Assembly: GCA_963808715.1 (NCBI GenBank)
Contig: CAWEHG010000034.1
Span: 35,909-99,908, forward strand
DNA from: Ignavibacteriota bacterium
Lineage (GTDB): Bacteria > Bacteroidota > Ignavibacteria > UBA10030 > UBA6906
Direction: 5' to 3'
DNA length: 64,000 nucleotides
The translations under genes and the position numbers were made by a program. This document shows positions 30,147-40,404 of the stretch, one piece after another. The notes under the pieces are model-generated. The model did not search any database. It saw only the letters and a list, made by a program, of their open reading frames with translations, and had not been told where the DNA came from. The stretch's first letter is position 1. Each line of letters starts with the position of its first letter.

Positions 30147-31249
30147 AAAACCGCATCGTCGGCCCGCTTGCGCTTGTGGCATTCATTGCGTTCGCCTGCG
30201 AACAGCCGAACAGCCCTGACATCTCATCCTTGCCTCAGCCGGGCAAGCAACCTCCGCCGGGCGACACGACCTATGTGTTACAGTCTCCCCCATGGGGCGG
30301 GTTCAATCAGCCCGAGGCCGTGATCGTTGGCAACGAGCCATTCATCTATGTCGCGGATACGGAAAACGATCGTATCGTGATGCTCGATCTCGGCGGCGGT
30401 TTCGTCGGCGTGTCACCCCCGATCAAGCACCCGGTCGCCCTGACGGAGGACAAGCGGTTGCAGCTCATCGTGTGCGCACAGTTCGACACGCTGCTGCCGG
30501 GGCGAACCGCACCAACGACCTTTGGAGCGGTCTATCGCCTGGATCTGGTCTCCGTGATGCACTCTATCGCGTCGGTGACGCCGCGGCGTGTCTTCTACGA
30601 ACCGGGCGATTCGAGCCGCCGCTATACCGGCGTGGCCGCGTTGTACGACAATTCGTATTATCTTACCCGCGTCGGACCCAAGAACAGCCTCATCAGCTTC
30701 GATCGCGACAACGCCATTCTCCAGTTCTCGAAGAACGACTCCCTCATCAATTCCATAAGCGCCTCGAGCAACTTCGCCCCGGATGGGACCGGCCTGATGG
30801 CGATCCACCATCTGAATGGGATCGCCACTCTCCCGAACAAGCCGACCTCGGAGTTCGTCTATTCCCAGATCGCCGGGAGTTCCGGGATCGAACCCCTGTT
30901 CAAGGTCCAATGGATCAAGTTGGTGGCCGAAGGACTGACACAGAACTGGCAATCGAAGTTCTACGCTTACCGCGACGGGGACATCGATTTCCTTCGGCCG
31001 GGCTTTTTCGGCAACCCCCGGGGAGTGACGTTGGACCAATCAGAAAACCTGTTCGTGGCCGACGCGGACAGCAACGCGGTATTCCGGTTCACCTCGCGAG
31101 GTACGGAGCAGTTCTCGATCGCGAAGGACCCGGATGGAAAGGCGTATTTCAACCATCCGTACGGCGTCGCGTATTTCGACAAGACCGTGTACGTCGCCGA
31201 TCGAGGGAACAACAGGATCTTACGGTTCAAGCTCTCAACGGACCGCTGA
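30143..31249 (+). CDS. NHL-repeat beta-propeller lipoprotein
   Basis: Lipobox IAFACEQ. Repeated NHL-like blocks (FIYVADTENDRIVMLD, LFVADADSNAVFRF, VYVADRGNNRILRF). Confidence 0.65.
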   Translation: MKNRIVGPLALVAFIAFACEQPNSPDISSLPQPGKQPPPGDTTYVLQSPPWGGFNQPEAVIVGNEPFIYVADTENDRIVMLDLGGGFVGVSPPIKHPVALTEDKRLQLIVCAQFDTLLPGRTAPTTFGAVYRLDLVSVMHSIASVTPRRVFYEPGDSSRRYTGVAALYDNSYYLTRVGPKNSLISFDRDNAILQFSKNDSLINSISASSNFAPDGTGLMAIHHLNGIATLPNKPTSEFVYSQIAGSSGIEPLFKVQWIKLVAEGLTQNWQSKFYAYRDGDIDFLRPGFFGNPRGVTLDQSENLFVADADSNAVFRFTSRGTEQFSIAKDPDGKAYFNHPYGVAYFDKTVYVADRGNNRILRFKLSTDR

Positions 31250-31292
31250 CCGCAGTTGCATTTCACCCCCATTTTCTCCTCATTGCATCGGC

Positions 31293-33467
31293 ATGGTGTT
31301 CCTCAATCCCTGGTTCCTCCTCGGCCTCGCGGCAGCGGCGATCCCCGTCCTCATCCACCTGCTCCATGTCAAAAAACTGCGGACGGTGGAGTTCAGCTCG
31401 CTTCGCTTCCTCAAGGAGCTGCAGAAGTCGCGCATCCGGGCCGTCCGGATCCGGCAGCTGCTCCTGCTCCTCCTGCGCACACTGCTGATCATCGCCCTGG
31501 TCATGGCTTTCGCGCGCCCCACGGTTCGCGGCTCGTTCTTCGGATCGTTCGGCGGCGCGATGCCACGCACCACGTTGATCCTCCTGGACGACAGCCCGAG
31601 CATGACCGTGCGCGACGAGCGCGGGGTCCGTTTTGAACAGGCACGCCTCGCGGCCCAACGTATCGCCGCAACCGGTGATGAGGAGGACCGCGTGATCTTC
31701 TCTCCCGCCGCACCGCTGCGGGTCTCCGTGCCCGCGGCAGCACCGGCGCGATCAGCACTTGACCGCGCCATCAACGGCTCGGCCCCCTCCGTGGTCCATG
31801 TCCCATTTGCGGAGGCGCTTAGGCGTCTACGACCCGCCTTGAACGAACAGCCGGCGTCGGAACGGGAGATCTTCCTGATCACCGACGCTCAGGCGTCACA
31901 GTTCGCCCTCCCCGCACAGCCGGACGGCGAACCACCCGACCCTTTGCTGCACGCGACGGTCGTGCAGGTCGGCAGCGGAACCCCCGGCAACACGGGGGTC
32001 GTCGGGGTCGACCTCGAGAGCCAGGTCCTCGGCGCGCACAAACCGATGCGATTGAAGGTGACGCTCCGGCACACAGGAAACGATCGGCAGGGCGAGACCT
32101 TCGTGAGCCTGTATCTTGACGGCACCCGCGTCGCGCAGCGGTCGGTCGACCTGCCCGCTGGACTGCCAACGACGGTGACTCTGGACCCTCTCCCGAAGCG
32201 GACGGGAGCGATCGCCGGGTACGTGCAGATCGAGGACGACGCCCTGGAGACCGACAACATACGCCACTTCACCGTGCGGATCCCCGAACAGATCCGGGTC
32301 ATGGTCGTCGGCGAGTCCCCGGCGGACCTGGAATACCCCATGCTCGCGTTCACGCTGCGCGGAGATTCCTCCTTTGCCCGGATGTTCCGGGTGACCCCCC
32401 TCCCGCGCCAGCGGTTCGTCGCGTTCGACGGACGGACCTGCGACGTGCTGGTCCTGTGCGGGCTCCGCTCAGTGACCGCTGCCGAGGCCGCGGCGATCAC
32501 CCGCTTCACCGCCGGAGGCGGAGGAGTGATCCTGTTCGCGCCCCCGGGGGCGGACCAGGCCTCCTATCGCGATATTCTGCTGCCCGCACTGGGTCTGCCG
32601 AGGACGGTGCGCGCGCGCGTGGTGTCCGCCGATTCATCGGGCAGAGACCGTGGGTTCGTGACCTTCTCCTCGGTGGACCGCGACCATCCGTTGCTCCGCG
32701 ACCTGCTCGAGCGGACGCGCCGTGACCGCCCTTCCCCACCGACAGTGGAATCCCCGCGTGTTACCAGCACGTTCGCTCTCCCGACGGCCGGGATCGGACA
32801 GGCCATCATCAGCCTCTCCAACGGCGAGACGTTCCTGTCGGAATTCCCCGTGGGCAAAGGGCACCTTCTCTGGTTCTCGGTGGACGGGGGGAGACTCGCA
32901 TCCGACTTTCCCCTGCGAGGGATCTACGCCCCGCTGCTGCACCGGGCGGTGCTGTATCTTGCTGGGCGCGCCGACGCCGAACCGACCTTCCTCGCCGGCG
33001 AGCCGGTCGCGCTGATCCCTCCGGAGGGCCTCGACCGAGATCCGGAACGCCTCGTGGTCAAGTCACCATCGGGGCTGGACGAGCAATACGGACCCCAACC
33101 TGCGGGTCCCCGCCGCAAGGCGGCGGTGAAGACCGGACCCGCCATGGAACTCGGCATCTACGAGCTGAGGAGCCGGGATGCGACCGCACGCTCCGCCCCG
33201 GTGGCCCTGGCAGCCGTGACGCTTGATACCGCCGAGTGCGATCTGCGCACAGCCACCGACGAAGAGTTGGCCCACTTCTGGAAAGCGATCGGCGTCGCTC
33301 CCGACCTCACCCGGCGGATCTCCGCGGACGGCTCTCTGGAGCAATCCATCCTTGAGACGCGCAACGGTACCGAACTCTGGAGGTTCTTCGCCGGACTCGC
33401 CCTTCTCTGTGCGCTTCTCGAGATGTATGTCGCACGAATCTCCCGCGCCGAGGTCCCCGATGCCTGA
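31293..33467 (+). CDS. BatA-domain (N-terminal double-TM, TIGR02226-like) membrane protein, 724 aa
   Basis: N-terminus MVFLNPWFLLGLAAAAIPVLIHLLHVKKLRTVEFSSLRFL is the BatA N-terminal signature. A C-terminal TM helix is present. Confidence 0.6.
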   Translation: MVFLNPWFLLGLAAAAIPVLIHLLHVKKLRTVEFSSLRFLKELQKSRIRAVRIRQLLLLLLRTLLIIALVMAFARPTVRGSFFGSFGGAMPRTTLILLDDSPSMTVRDERGVRFEQARLAAQRIAATGDEEDRVIFSPAAPLRVSVPAAAPARSALDRAINGSAPSVVHVPFAEALRRLRPALNEQPASEREIFLITDAQASQFALPAQPDGEPPDPLLHATVVQVGSGTPGNTGVVGVDLESQVLGAHKPMRLKVTLRHTGNDRQGETFVSLYLDGTRVAQRSVDLPAGLPTTVTLDPLPKRTGAIAGYVQIEDDALETDNIRHFTVRIPEQIRVMVVGESPADLEYPMLAFTLRGDSSFARMFRVTPLPRQRFVAFDGRTCDVLVLCGLRSVTAAEAAAITRFTAGGGGVILFAPPGADQASYRDILLPALGLPRTVRARVVSADSSGRDRGFVTFSSVDRDHPLLRDLLERTRRDRPSPPTVESPRVTSTFALPTAGIGQAIISLSNGETFLSEFPVGKGHLLWFSVDGGRLASDFPLRGIYAPLLHRAVLYLAGRADAEPTFLAGEPVALIPPEGLDRDPERLVVKSPSGLDEQYGPQPAGPRRKAAVKTGPAMELGIYELRSRDATARSAPVALAAVTLDTAECDLRTATDEELAHFWKAIGVAPDLTRRISADGSLEQSILETRNGTELWRFFAGLALLCALLEMYVARISRAEVPDA

Positions 33468-34752
33468 ACTGCTCACTCTCGGCAAGAACGGAACGATGCG
33501 CACGGAACCCGAACGGGCCATCCTTGTGGGAGTCGTCTTCCCGGGCATGCGGCGGGCGCACGTGGAAGAATACCTCGCGGAGCTGGCCCTGCTTGCGGAT
33601 TCCGCAGGCGCGCTGGTGGTGACCCGGGTCCTTCAGGAACGGCAGCGCATCGATCCCACCACCTACATCGGGAAGGGGAAGGCGGAGGAGATCGCTTCCC
33701 TCGTCACCGAGCGGGACATCCAGCTGGTCATCTTCGACGACGACCTCTCGCCGGTCCAGGTCCGCAATCTCGAGCGCCTCATCAGCTGCAAGATCGTCGA
33801 CCGGAGCGGCCTGATCCTGGACCTGTTCGCCTCACGGGCACGCAGCAGCGAGGCGAAGACCCAGGTGGAGCTGGCACAGCTCCAGTACATGCTCCCCCGT
33901 CTCACGCGCCAGTGGACCCACCTCTCCAAACAGTTCGGAGGGATCGGCACGAAGGGCCCGGGCGAAACCCAGATCGAGACCGACCGGCGGGCGATCCGGA
34001 CGAAGATCAGCCATCTCCGGACACGGCTGGCCCGGATCAACAGCGAGCGCGAAACCCAGCGCAAGGGCCGCTCGCGCCTCCCCCGGGCGGCACTGGTCGG
34101 CTACACGAACGCCGGCAAGTCCACGCTGCTCAACTACTACACCAACGCGGGAGTGCTGGCCGAGGACCGGCTCTTCGCCACCCTCGATTCCACCGTGCGG
34201 CTCGTGCGCCTCTCGCCGCTCCATACGCTCCTGCTCTCGGATACCGTCGGATTCATCCGTAAGCTCCCCCATCACCTGGTGGCCTCGTTCAAGAGCACGC
34301 TCGACGAGGTCCGGGAAGCCGACCTGCTGGTCCACGTGGTCGACATCAGCCACCCGCTGTTCGCCGAGCAGATCGCGGTGGTGAACGAGACCCTGACGGA
34401 TATCGAGGCCGGCGGCAAACCGGTGATCCACGTCTTCAACAAGATCGATGCGCTGGAGAACCGGAGCATTCTTGCCTCCCTTCTTCAGAACTACCCGAAC
34501 GCGGTCGCGGTCTCCGCGGCACGGGGGATCAACATGTCGGCGCTGGACGAGCTCCTGAAGCGGCTGGTGGAGCACAGCATCACCGAAGAGACCCTCACCC
34601 TCGCCCAGACGGACCACGATCTGCTTTCGTGGCTCCACGAGGTGGCCGAGGTGCTGGACACGCAATTCGAAGCGGACCACATCACCGTCCGCCTCCGGAT
34701 CCGACAGGCAGAGCTGGACCAGGTGCGCAAGACCCTGGCCGGCCGGCAGTGA
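33460..34752 (+). CDS. hflX: GTPase HflX
   Basis: HflX N-domain, then GYTNAGKSTLLN (G1), DTVGF (G3) and NKID (G4). Confidence 0.8.
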   Translation: MPELLTLGKNGTMRTEPERAILVGVVFPGMRRAHVEEYLAELALLADSAGALVVTRVLQERQRIDPTTYIGKGKAEEIASLVTERDIQLVIFDDDLSPVQVRNLERLISCKIVDRSGLILDLFASRARSSEAKTQVELAQLQYMLPRLTRQWTHLSKQFGGIGTKGPGETQIETDRRAIRTKISHLRTRLARINSERETQRKGRSRLPRAALVGYTNAGKSTLLNYYTNAGVLAEDRLFATLDSTVRLVRLSPLHTLLLSDTVGFIRKLPHHLVASFKSTLDEVREADLLVHVVDISHPLFAEQIAVVNETLTDIEAGGKPVIHVFNKIDALENRSILASLLQNYPNAVAVSAARGINMSALDELLKRLVEHSITEETLTLAQTDHDLLSWLHEVAEVLDTQFEADHITVRLRIRQAELDQVRKTLAGRQ

Positions 34753-34772
34753 ACCCAACAGGAGCACGTCCC

Positions 34773-35546
34773 ATGCTGGAGATCGCCATACAGGCCGCCC
34801 GCGAGGCGGGACAGTACCTCAAAGAGAGCGTCGGCAAGGTCCGGTCCATCGAGGTCAAACAGGGCGAGGAACGGAACCTCGTCTCCGAGATCGACAAGAC
34901 CTCGGAAGCGACCATCATCCGGATCCTGCGCTCGCACTTCCCCACCCACGCTTTCCTCGCCGAGGAGGGGAGCGGCGCGGGGAGCGCTTCGGACTACACG
35001 TGGGTGATCGATCCCCTGGACGGCACGACGAATTTCCTCCACGGGCTTCCGATCTTCTGCGTCACCATCGGACTGGAGTACAAAGGCGAGATCGTCGCGG
35101 GAGTCGTCTACGACCCCAACCGGGAGGAGCTCTTCACCGCGGAAAAGGGGAGCGGAGCCTTCTTGAACGGGACCCGCCTGCGGGTGACCACCACCGACAG
35201 CCTGCTCCATTCACTCGTCGTGACCGGCTTCCCGTACAACATCGCCGAGAACCCGAGAAACGCGGTGGAACGGTTCGTCGGCTTCCTCATGGCCGCGCGG
35301 GGCGTGCGCCGCCTCGGATCGGCCGCGCTGGATCTGTCCTACGTCGCCGCCGGACGGTTCGACGGATTCTGGGAGGTGTATCTCCACCCATGGGACATGG
35401 CTGCGGGGATGCTGCTGGTCAGCGAGGCGGGTGGGACAACGAGTGACTTCGCGGGGAAGCCGATGTCGATCTATCGCCACGACATCCTCGCCAGCAACGG
35501 CCGGATCCACGACGCGATGCTGGAGGTGCTTTCGAAGGCGGGGTGA
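34773..35546 (+). CDS. suhB: Inositol monophosphatase family protein (SuhB-like)
   Basis: WVIDPLDGTTNF, plus GxAAxD and WDxAAG motifs. Confidence 0.75.
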   Translation: MLEIAIQAAREAGQYLKESVGKVRSIEVKQGEERNLVSEIDKTSEATIIRILRSHFPTHAFLAEEGSGAGSASDYTWVIDPLDGTTNFLHGLPIFCVTIGLEYKGEIVAGVVYDPNREELFTAEKGSGAFLNGTRLRVTTTDSLLHSLVVTGFPYNIAENPRNAVERFVGFLMAARGVRRLGSAALDLSYVAAGRFDGFWEVYLHPWDMAAGMLLVSEAGGTTSDFAGKPMSIYRHDILASNGRIHDAMLEVLSKAG

Positions 35547-35562
35547 TCCGGGGTGGGATCCT

Positions 35563-36910
35563 CTAGTGGACCACAGGCGTCCGCCAGGGGTGGACCCCAT
35601 CGTGGTCGACGAGGGCGCGGATGAGCGGCGGGCGATCCCCGGGGGTGTCGGTGAACGTGAGGCATGAACGGAAATCCGCGGGCCCGGGGATCTCGGAGCC
35701 TTCTCTGTCCGTGAACATCACGGCCAGAAGATCTCCGGCGTGGATCTCCTCCCCCGACTTCTTCTGCAGAAGGATCCCCGCCTTGGGATCCACGGCATCG
35801 GCGAGGGTCTTTCGCCCCGCCCCCAGCTCGATGGCAAGCATGCCGATGCGACGCGTATCGAAGCCGCTCAGATACCCGTGTTCGCTCGCTGCGCACCTCG
35901 ATCGTCCGGCCGCGACCGGGGATACGGTGGACGGACCCGCTCAGGAACGAGAGGTCGCCCCCTTGCCGCCGGACCAGCGCGAGGAACTTCTCCAGCGCCC
36001 GGCCGGAGTAGATCGCTTCGCGGCACAACTTCATCCCGGAGGCGATGTCCGGCGCCTTGCCGCCGAGGTACACCATGGCGCCGCCGAGCACATAGGTCAC
36101 CTCCATCAGATCGGCGACAGGCTTCCCCTTGAGGCAGTCGACCGACTCCACCACCTCCAGCCAGTTCCCCACGGCCTTGCCGAGAGGCTGATCCATCCCC
36201 GTGACGAACCCGATCGTCCGTTTTCCCGCGCGGTTCCCGATGTCGACCAGCGCACGGGCGAGCGCCACCGAATCCCGCTCCTCCCTCATGAACGCCCCGT
36301 TGCCGGTCTTGATGTCGAGCACCAGCGCGTCGATCCCCTCGGCGAGCTTCTTGCTCATGATGCTGCCGGCGATCAGCGGGATCGCCTCGACCGTCGCGGT
36401 CACATCGCGCAGCGCATACAGCTTCCGGTCCGCCGGCACGACCTCGGCGGTCTGCCCGGCCAGCACGAGGCCGCACTCGGCGATGATCGCACGGTACTCA
36501 TCCATCGGGATCGCGGTCCGGAAGCCGGGGATCGACTCCAGCTTGTCCAGCGTCCCTCCGGTGTGTCCGAGTCCGCGGCCGGAGATCATCGGGACCGGCA
36601 CTCCGCACGCGGCCACCATGGGCGCGAGGATGAGCGACACCTTGTCGCCCACGCCGCCGGTGCTGTGCTTGTCCACCTTGACGCCGGGGATGTCGGAGAG
36701 GTCGAACACCGCGCCCGAATGGAGCATGAGGTCCGTGAAGGCGGAGGTCTCCGCCTCGGTCATCCCCCGGAACACGACCGCCATCAGCCAGGCGGACATC
36801 TGGTAGTCGGGGATGGTGCCGGCAACGTAGCCGTCGATCAGCTGCCGGAGCTCTTCCCGGGTCAGCTCCAACCCTTCGCGTTTCTTCCTGATCAGTTCGA
36901 CGGGATTCAT
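35563..36910 (-). CDS. Thymidine / pyrimidine-nucleoside phosphorylase, with an apparent frameshift near 35850-35950
   Basis: MNPVELIRKKREG...HSTGGVGDK...SGRGLGHTGGTLDKLE. The C-terminal block (DPKAGILLQKKSGEEI) sits in a second frame (ORF 35563..35841). Confidence 0.7.
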
Positions 36911-37455
36911 CGGATGAGGTGCGGATATTTGCGCGCGGCCAGCAGGATCCCCACCACGGTCTTGCTGTCGAGCAGGATGCCCTGTTCCACCCTGCGGAGG
37001 GCCTCCACGAACGGCAACCGCTCGAGGGTCATGGTGAATTCTCCTTCTTCGCGCTTGTGGCCGCCGGGAGCGGGCCGCAGGTCGGTCGCCAGGAAGATGT
37101 GCAGGAGCTCATCGCAGAACCCCGGGCTCGTGTGGATGGCCGTCAGCTTCTCCAGCTTTCCCGCGAGGTAGCCGGTCTCCTCTTCAAGCTCCCGGGCCGC
37201 CGCCGCGAGAGGATCTTCTCCCGGACTCAGCTTTCCGGCGGGCAGCTCCGCGATGTGCTTCTCGAGCGGGTACCGCAGCTGGGAGACGAGCAGGATCGTT
37301 CCGTCGTCGAAGACCGGAAGCGCAGCGGCCCCGCCGGGGTGCCTTGCGACCTCGCGGACCGTACGTTTCCCCGAAGGGTATTCGACCTGGTCCACCAGAA
37401 GGTCGATGATCCTTCCGCGGAACAGCAGTTCACGGCTGAGTCGTTTGAGTTCCAT
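36907..37455 (-). CDS. NUDIX hydrolase (ADP-ribose pyrophosphatase-like)
   Basis: Nudix box GKLSPGEDPLAAAARELEEETG. Confidence 0.65.
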   Translation of the reverse strand: MELKRLSRELLFRGRIIDLLVDQVEYPSGKRTVREVARHPGGAAALPVFDDGTILLVSQLRYPLEKHIAELPAGKLSPGEDPLAAAARELEEETGYLAGKLEKLTAIHTSPGFCDELLHIFLATDLRPAPGGHKREEGEFTMTLERLPFVEALRRVEQGILLDSKTVVGILLAARKYPHLIR

Positions 37456-38518
37456 TGCGCACATGGACGATACGGTGAGGGAGAGGGATCTCGACGCCAC
37501 GCTCCCGGAACGTCTTGTAGGCCTCCTCGCGCATCCGGGTCTCCACGGCCCAGACGTCGGTCCAGAGCCTGGCACGTCCGACGAAGGTCAGCTGTACGGA
37601 AGCCTCAGACACTGCCGTGCAATAGACCGCGGGGGCGGGATCGGACAGGAATTCGGGCTGGCGCGACGCGAGCTCGAGCAGGAGTTGCCGGATCTGCTCC
37701 GTGTCGGTGCCGTACGCGACCTCGAACTTCAGTGTGACGCGGGTCGGAGGATAGGGATGCGAGAAATTCGTGATCCGCGCTTTGATCAGCTCGGCGTTCG
37801 GGATGATGATCACGTTGTTGTCGAAGTTCACCAGTTTCGTCGACCGCAGCCCGATCTGCAGCACGTCGCCCACCTGCCCGGTCCCGACCTCGATCCGATC
37901 GCCGGTGCGGAACGGTCGGTCCACCAGGATCACGAACCCGCCGATCATGTTGGCCAGAGTGTCCTGGGCTGCCAGCGCTACGGCCAGCGAACCGACGCCG
38001 AGGGAGACCAGCAGGCTGCCGATATTGATCCCGAAATGATCCAGGATCACGATCAGTGCGACCAGGCCGATCAGGACGTTCATCAGCTTCCCGAGGAGGG
38101 GGCCGATGGTGGTCTTGAGCCCCGTTGCCCCATCGGTCGACATCCGGTCGAGGTACCAGCCGATGATCTCCCGGAGGATGCCCAGGATGATGCGGATCAC
38201 CAGCACCGCCGTGAGCACGTACAGCACGGCGTCCGCGTACTGGAGGACCTGCTCGAACGTCAGGTCGGCCGGTGTCAGGCCCTTGCGGATCTCCCGCACC
38301 GCCAGCTGCAGGCCGACGATGAGCATCAGCGGCCTGACGCTCTTCAGGACCACCGCCAGGATCCGGTCGTCCAGCTCGGTTTCCGTCTTGCGGAAGATCC
38401 GATGCCCGAGGAAGTTCAGGAAGGCCCGGACGGCTGACGAGAAGAGATACAGGGCCGTCACGATGACGGCGGCAACGAGAAGATGGAACGTCAGAGGGTC
38501 TGCGAGAAGGGTCTGCAT
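37430..38518 (-). CDS. mscS: Mechanosensitive ion channel, MscS family
   Basis: TM helices plus the conserved MscS beta-domain (RPFRTGDRIEVGTGQVGDV...). Confidence 0.75.
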   Translation of the reverse strand: MQTLLADPLTFHLLVAAVIVTALYLFSSAVRAFLNFLGHRIFRKTETELDDRILAVVLKSVRPLMLIVGLQLAVREIRKGLTPADLTFEQVLQYADAVLYVLTAVLVIRIILGILREIIGWYLDRMSTDGATGLKTTIGPLLGKLMNVLIGLVALIVILDHFGINIGSLLVSLGVGSLAVALAAQDTLANMIGGFVILVDRPFRTGDRIEVGTGQVGDVLQIGLRSTKLVNFDNNVIIIPNAELIKARITNFSHPYPPTRVTLKFEVAYGTDTEQIRQLLLELASRQPEFLSDPAPAVYCTAVSEASVQLTFVGRARLWTDVWAVETRMREEAYKTFRERGVEIPLPHRIVHVRNGTQTTQP

Positions 38519-38564
38519 CGTCAGGACTCCAGCAGGTCGGCCGCGGCGAAAAGGATGCCGGAGA

Positions 38565-39152
38565 TCACGCGTTCCCCCGGCTTCCCGGCTTCATGACGGG
38601 GATCCCCTGTGCGCAGAGCGGGCAGCTCTCGGGCTTGTAGGTCACCACCTCCATGGTCAGCACCGGGTAGCGGATCCCCCCGGGACCCAGGTCCAGCGGG
38701 GCCTTCCCTCCACTCCGGTCCACGATGTAGCCGAACCCGACCACCGTCCCCCCGGCGCGCTTGACGATCTCGACAACCTCTCCGACCGACCCGCCCGTGG
38801 TCACGACGTCCTCGCAGGCCAGCACCCGCTCGCCGGGCCGGATCTCGAATCCCCGGCGCAGCTGCATCACACCGTCCTTCCGCTCCGCGAAGATCGTCCG
38901 CGCCTTCAACTGCCGCCCCACCTCCTGGCCCACCACGATGCCTCCGAGGGCAGGAGCCACGACGACGTCAATTTTTTGGCCCGAGAACCGCGCGGCGATC
39001 TCGCCGCACAGGGTCTCGCAGTGCTCGGGGTACTGCAGCACCCTGGCACACTGGAAATACTGGTTGCTGTGGAGTCCGGAGGTGAGAACGAAGTGACCTT
39101 CCAGCAGCGCTCCGGTCTGTTTGAAGATGGTCAGTGCTCGTTCGGCATCCAT
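38565..39152 (-). CDS. pyrE: Orotate phosphoribosyltransferase
   Basis: PRPP-binding motif [13 protein letters not shown]. Length and profile match PyrE. Confidence 0.8.
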   Translation of the reverse strand: MDAERALTIFKQTGALLEGHFVLTSGLHSNQYFQCARVLQYPEHCETLCGEIAARFSGQKIDVVVAPALGGIVVGQEVGRQLKARTIFAERKDGVMQLRRGFEIRPGERVLACEDVVTTGGSVGEVVEIVKRAGGTVVGFGYIVDRSGGKAPLDLGPGGIRYPVLTMEVVTYKPESCPLCAQGIPVMKPGSRGNA

Positions 39153-39204
39153 GGTCGTCTGTCCAGGTGAAGTGTCGGGGTTTGTCGTGTCCGGGGTTCC
39201 GCCG

Positions 39205-39906
39205 CTACCACGTCATACGAAATCCGCCCCGGATCGACACGGCTGCGCCGAGAACGGGGTCGTTGTGCACCAACACCGCGTTCGCCTCGGCCACGAAAGC
39301 GAGCTCGTCGGTGATGGCCGCATCGATGCCGGCCGACGCGCCGATCGACAGCCGGGTCCGGGCAGGAACGCTGTAGTAGGTGATCTTCACGCTGTCCACC
39401 ACCTGCTTGAAGGAGGCCGGCGTGGGACGCGTCGCGCCGATCTTGAACGTCGCGTACGGCGTCAGCGCCCGGTCGCGGATGAACACGTACCGTCCCAGAA
39501 GATAGAGGTCCCACCAGATCACCTTCCGGTCCAGCGGCGGAGGGCCGGTGGGGTACTTCTCATAGTACCCGGCGTAGCTCCATCGGAGCACGGTGAGGTC
39601 CACGCCGAGGCCGACCGAGAAGCGCCGGCTCACCGACGTCAGGAGATCCAGCGAGAAATTCGGACCATAACGCCAGATGTCGGTCAGGGAGTCCTTGGCA
39701 ATGGGGAAGCCGGCTCCGCCCTGCAGGATGATGGACACCTTTTTCCCCTGGAGCCTGGACTCCGGCTTTGGCGGGGGTTTTGGCTGAGACACGGGCGGGG
39801 CCTTGGACGGAGGCTTGGACTGGGGCTTTGTCTGAGCTCCGGCATGAGTCCCGACGAGGCACACGGCAACGATGATCGAGAGAATGGGCAACGGGCGGGT
39901 CACCAT
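39205..39906 (-). CDS. Outer-membrane beta-barrel protein (OmpA-like N-terminal barrel family) with a Pro/Lys-rich linker
   Basis: Signal peptide [18 protein letters not shown], a PKPPxK linker, alternating beta-strand pattern, and a C-terminal FRMTW. Confidence 0.45.
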   Translation of the reverse strand: MVTRPLPILSIIVAVCLVGTHAGAQTKPQSKPPSKAPPVSQPKPPPKPESRLQGKKVSIILQGGAGFPIAKDSLTDIWRYGPNFSLDLLTSVSRRFSVGLGVDLTVLRWSYAGYYEKYPTGPPPLDRKVIWWDLYLLGRYVFIRDRALTPYATFKIGATRPTPASFKQVVDSVKITYYSVPARTRLSIGASAGIDAAITDELAFVAEANAVLVHNDPVLGAAVSIRGGFRMTW

Positions 39907-40376
39907 CCTCGTGCCTTTCGCAGTCCAGTGATCTGTTCCACATGCTTCCGGCCGTGCTCCGCATAGATCGCAAGGATGCGGCCCAGGCTGATCTCCCCGC
40001 GTTCCGGGTGCTGGCCGGTCCGTTCCCACGCGTCATCCGGGATGGTGTCCAGCAGCACGCCCCAACGGGCGTGCAACGCGCGCAGGATCTCCACCGAGAG
40101 CCCCGGATCGGCCGTTGAGACGTCCGCGGTCTTCGCCCAGGCGTCCTGATCATAGGGCTTGAGCATCGGGTGCTCCTCCGTCAGGAGGAGTTTCATCCGG
40201 ATGAAGGCATTCATGTGAGAATCCGCAAGGTGGTGGACCACCTGCCGGATCGTCCAGCCGCCGATGCGGTACGGGATCTCCATCTGCTCCGGGCGCAGGC
40301 CGCGGAGGGCTCCTTCCAGCAGCATCGGGAGCTCCTTGATCGCTGCGATCTTTCCCTTGCGTTCGTCGGCGCTCAT
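39900..40376 (-). CDS. DinB/YfiT-like (DinB_2) putative metal-dependent hydrolase/thiol transferase
   Basis: Histidine triad spacing (HHLADSH...H...H) typical of the DinB_2 four-helix bundle. Confidence 0.55.
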   Translation of the reverse strand: MSADERKGKIAAIKELPMLLEGALRGLRPEQMEIPYRIGGWTIRQVVHHLADSHMNAFIRMKLLLTEEHPMLKPYDQDAWAKTADVSTADPGLSVEILRALHARWGVLLDTIPDDAWERTGQHPERGEISLGRILAIYAEHGRKHVEQITGLRKARGW

Positions 40377-40404
40377 CGCTCCTCCGCCTAATCGGTGATG
40401 GTGT

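Noticed and set aside
31134-31292. Upstream extension of the BatA-like ORF (MERRISTIRTASR...)
   Set aside because: It overlaps the NHL lipoprotein 3' end in another frame and lacks similarity. The conserved BatA N-terminal motif begins at the Met at 31293.
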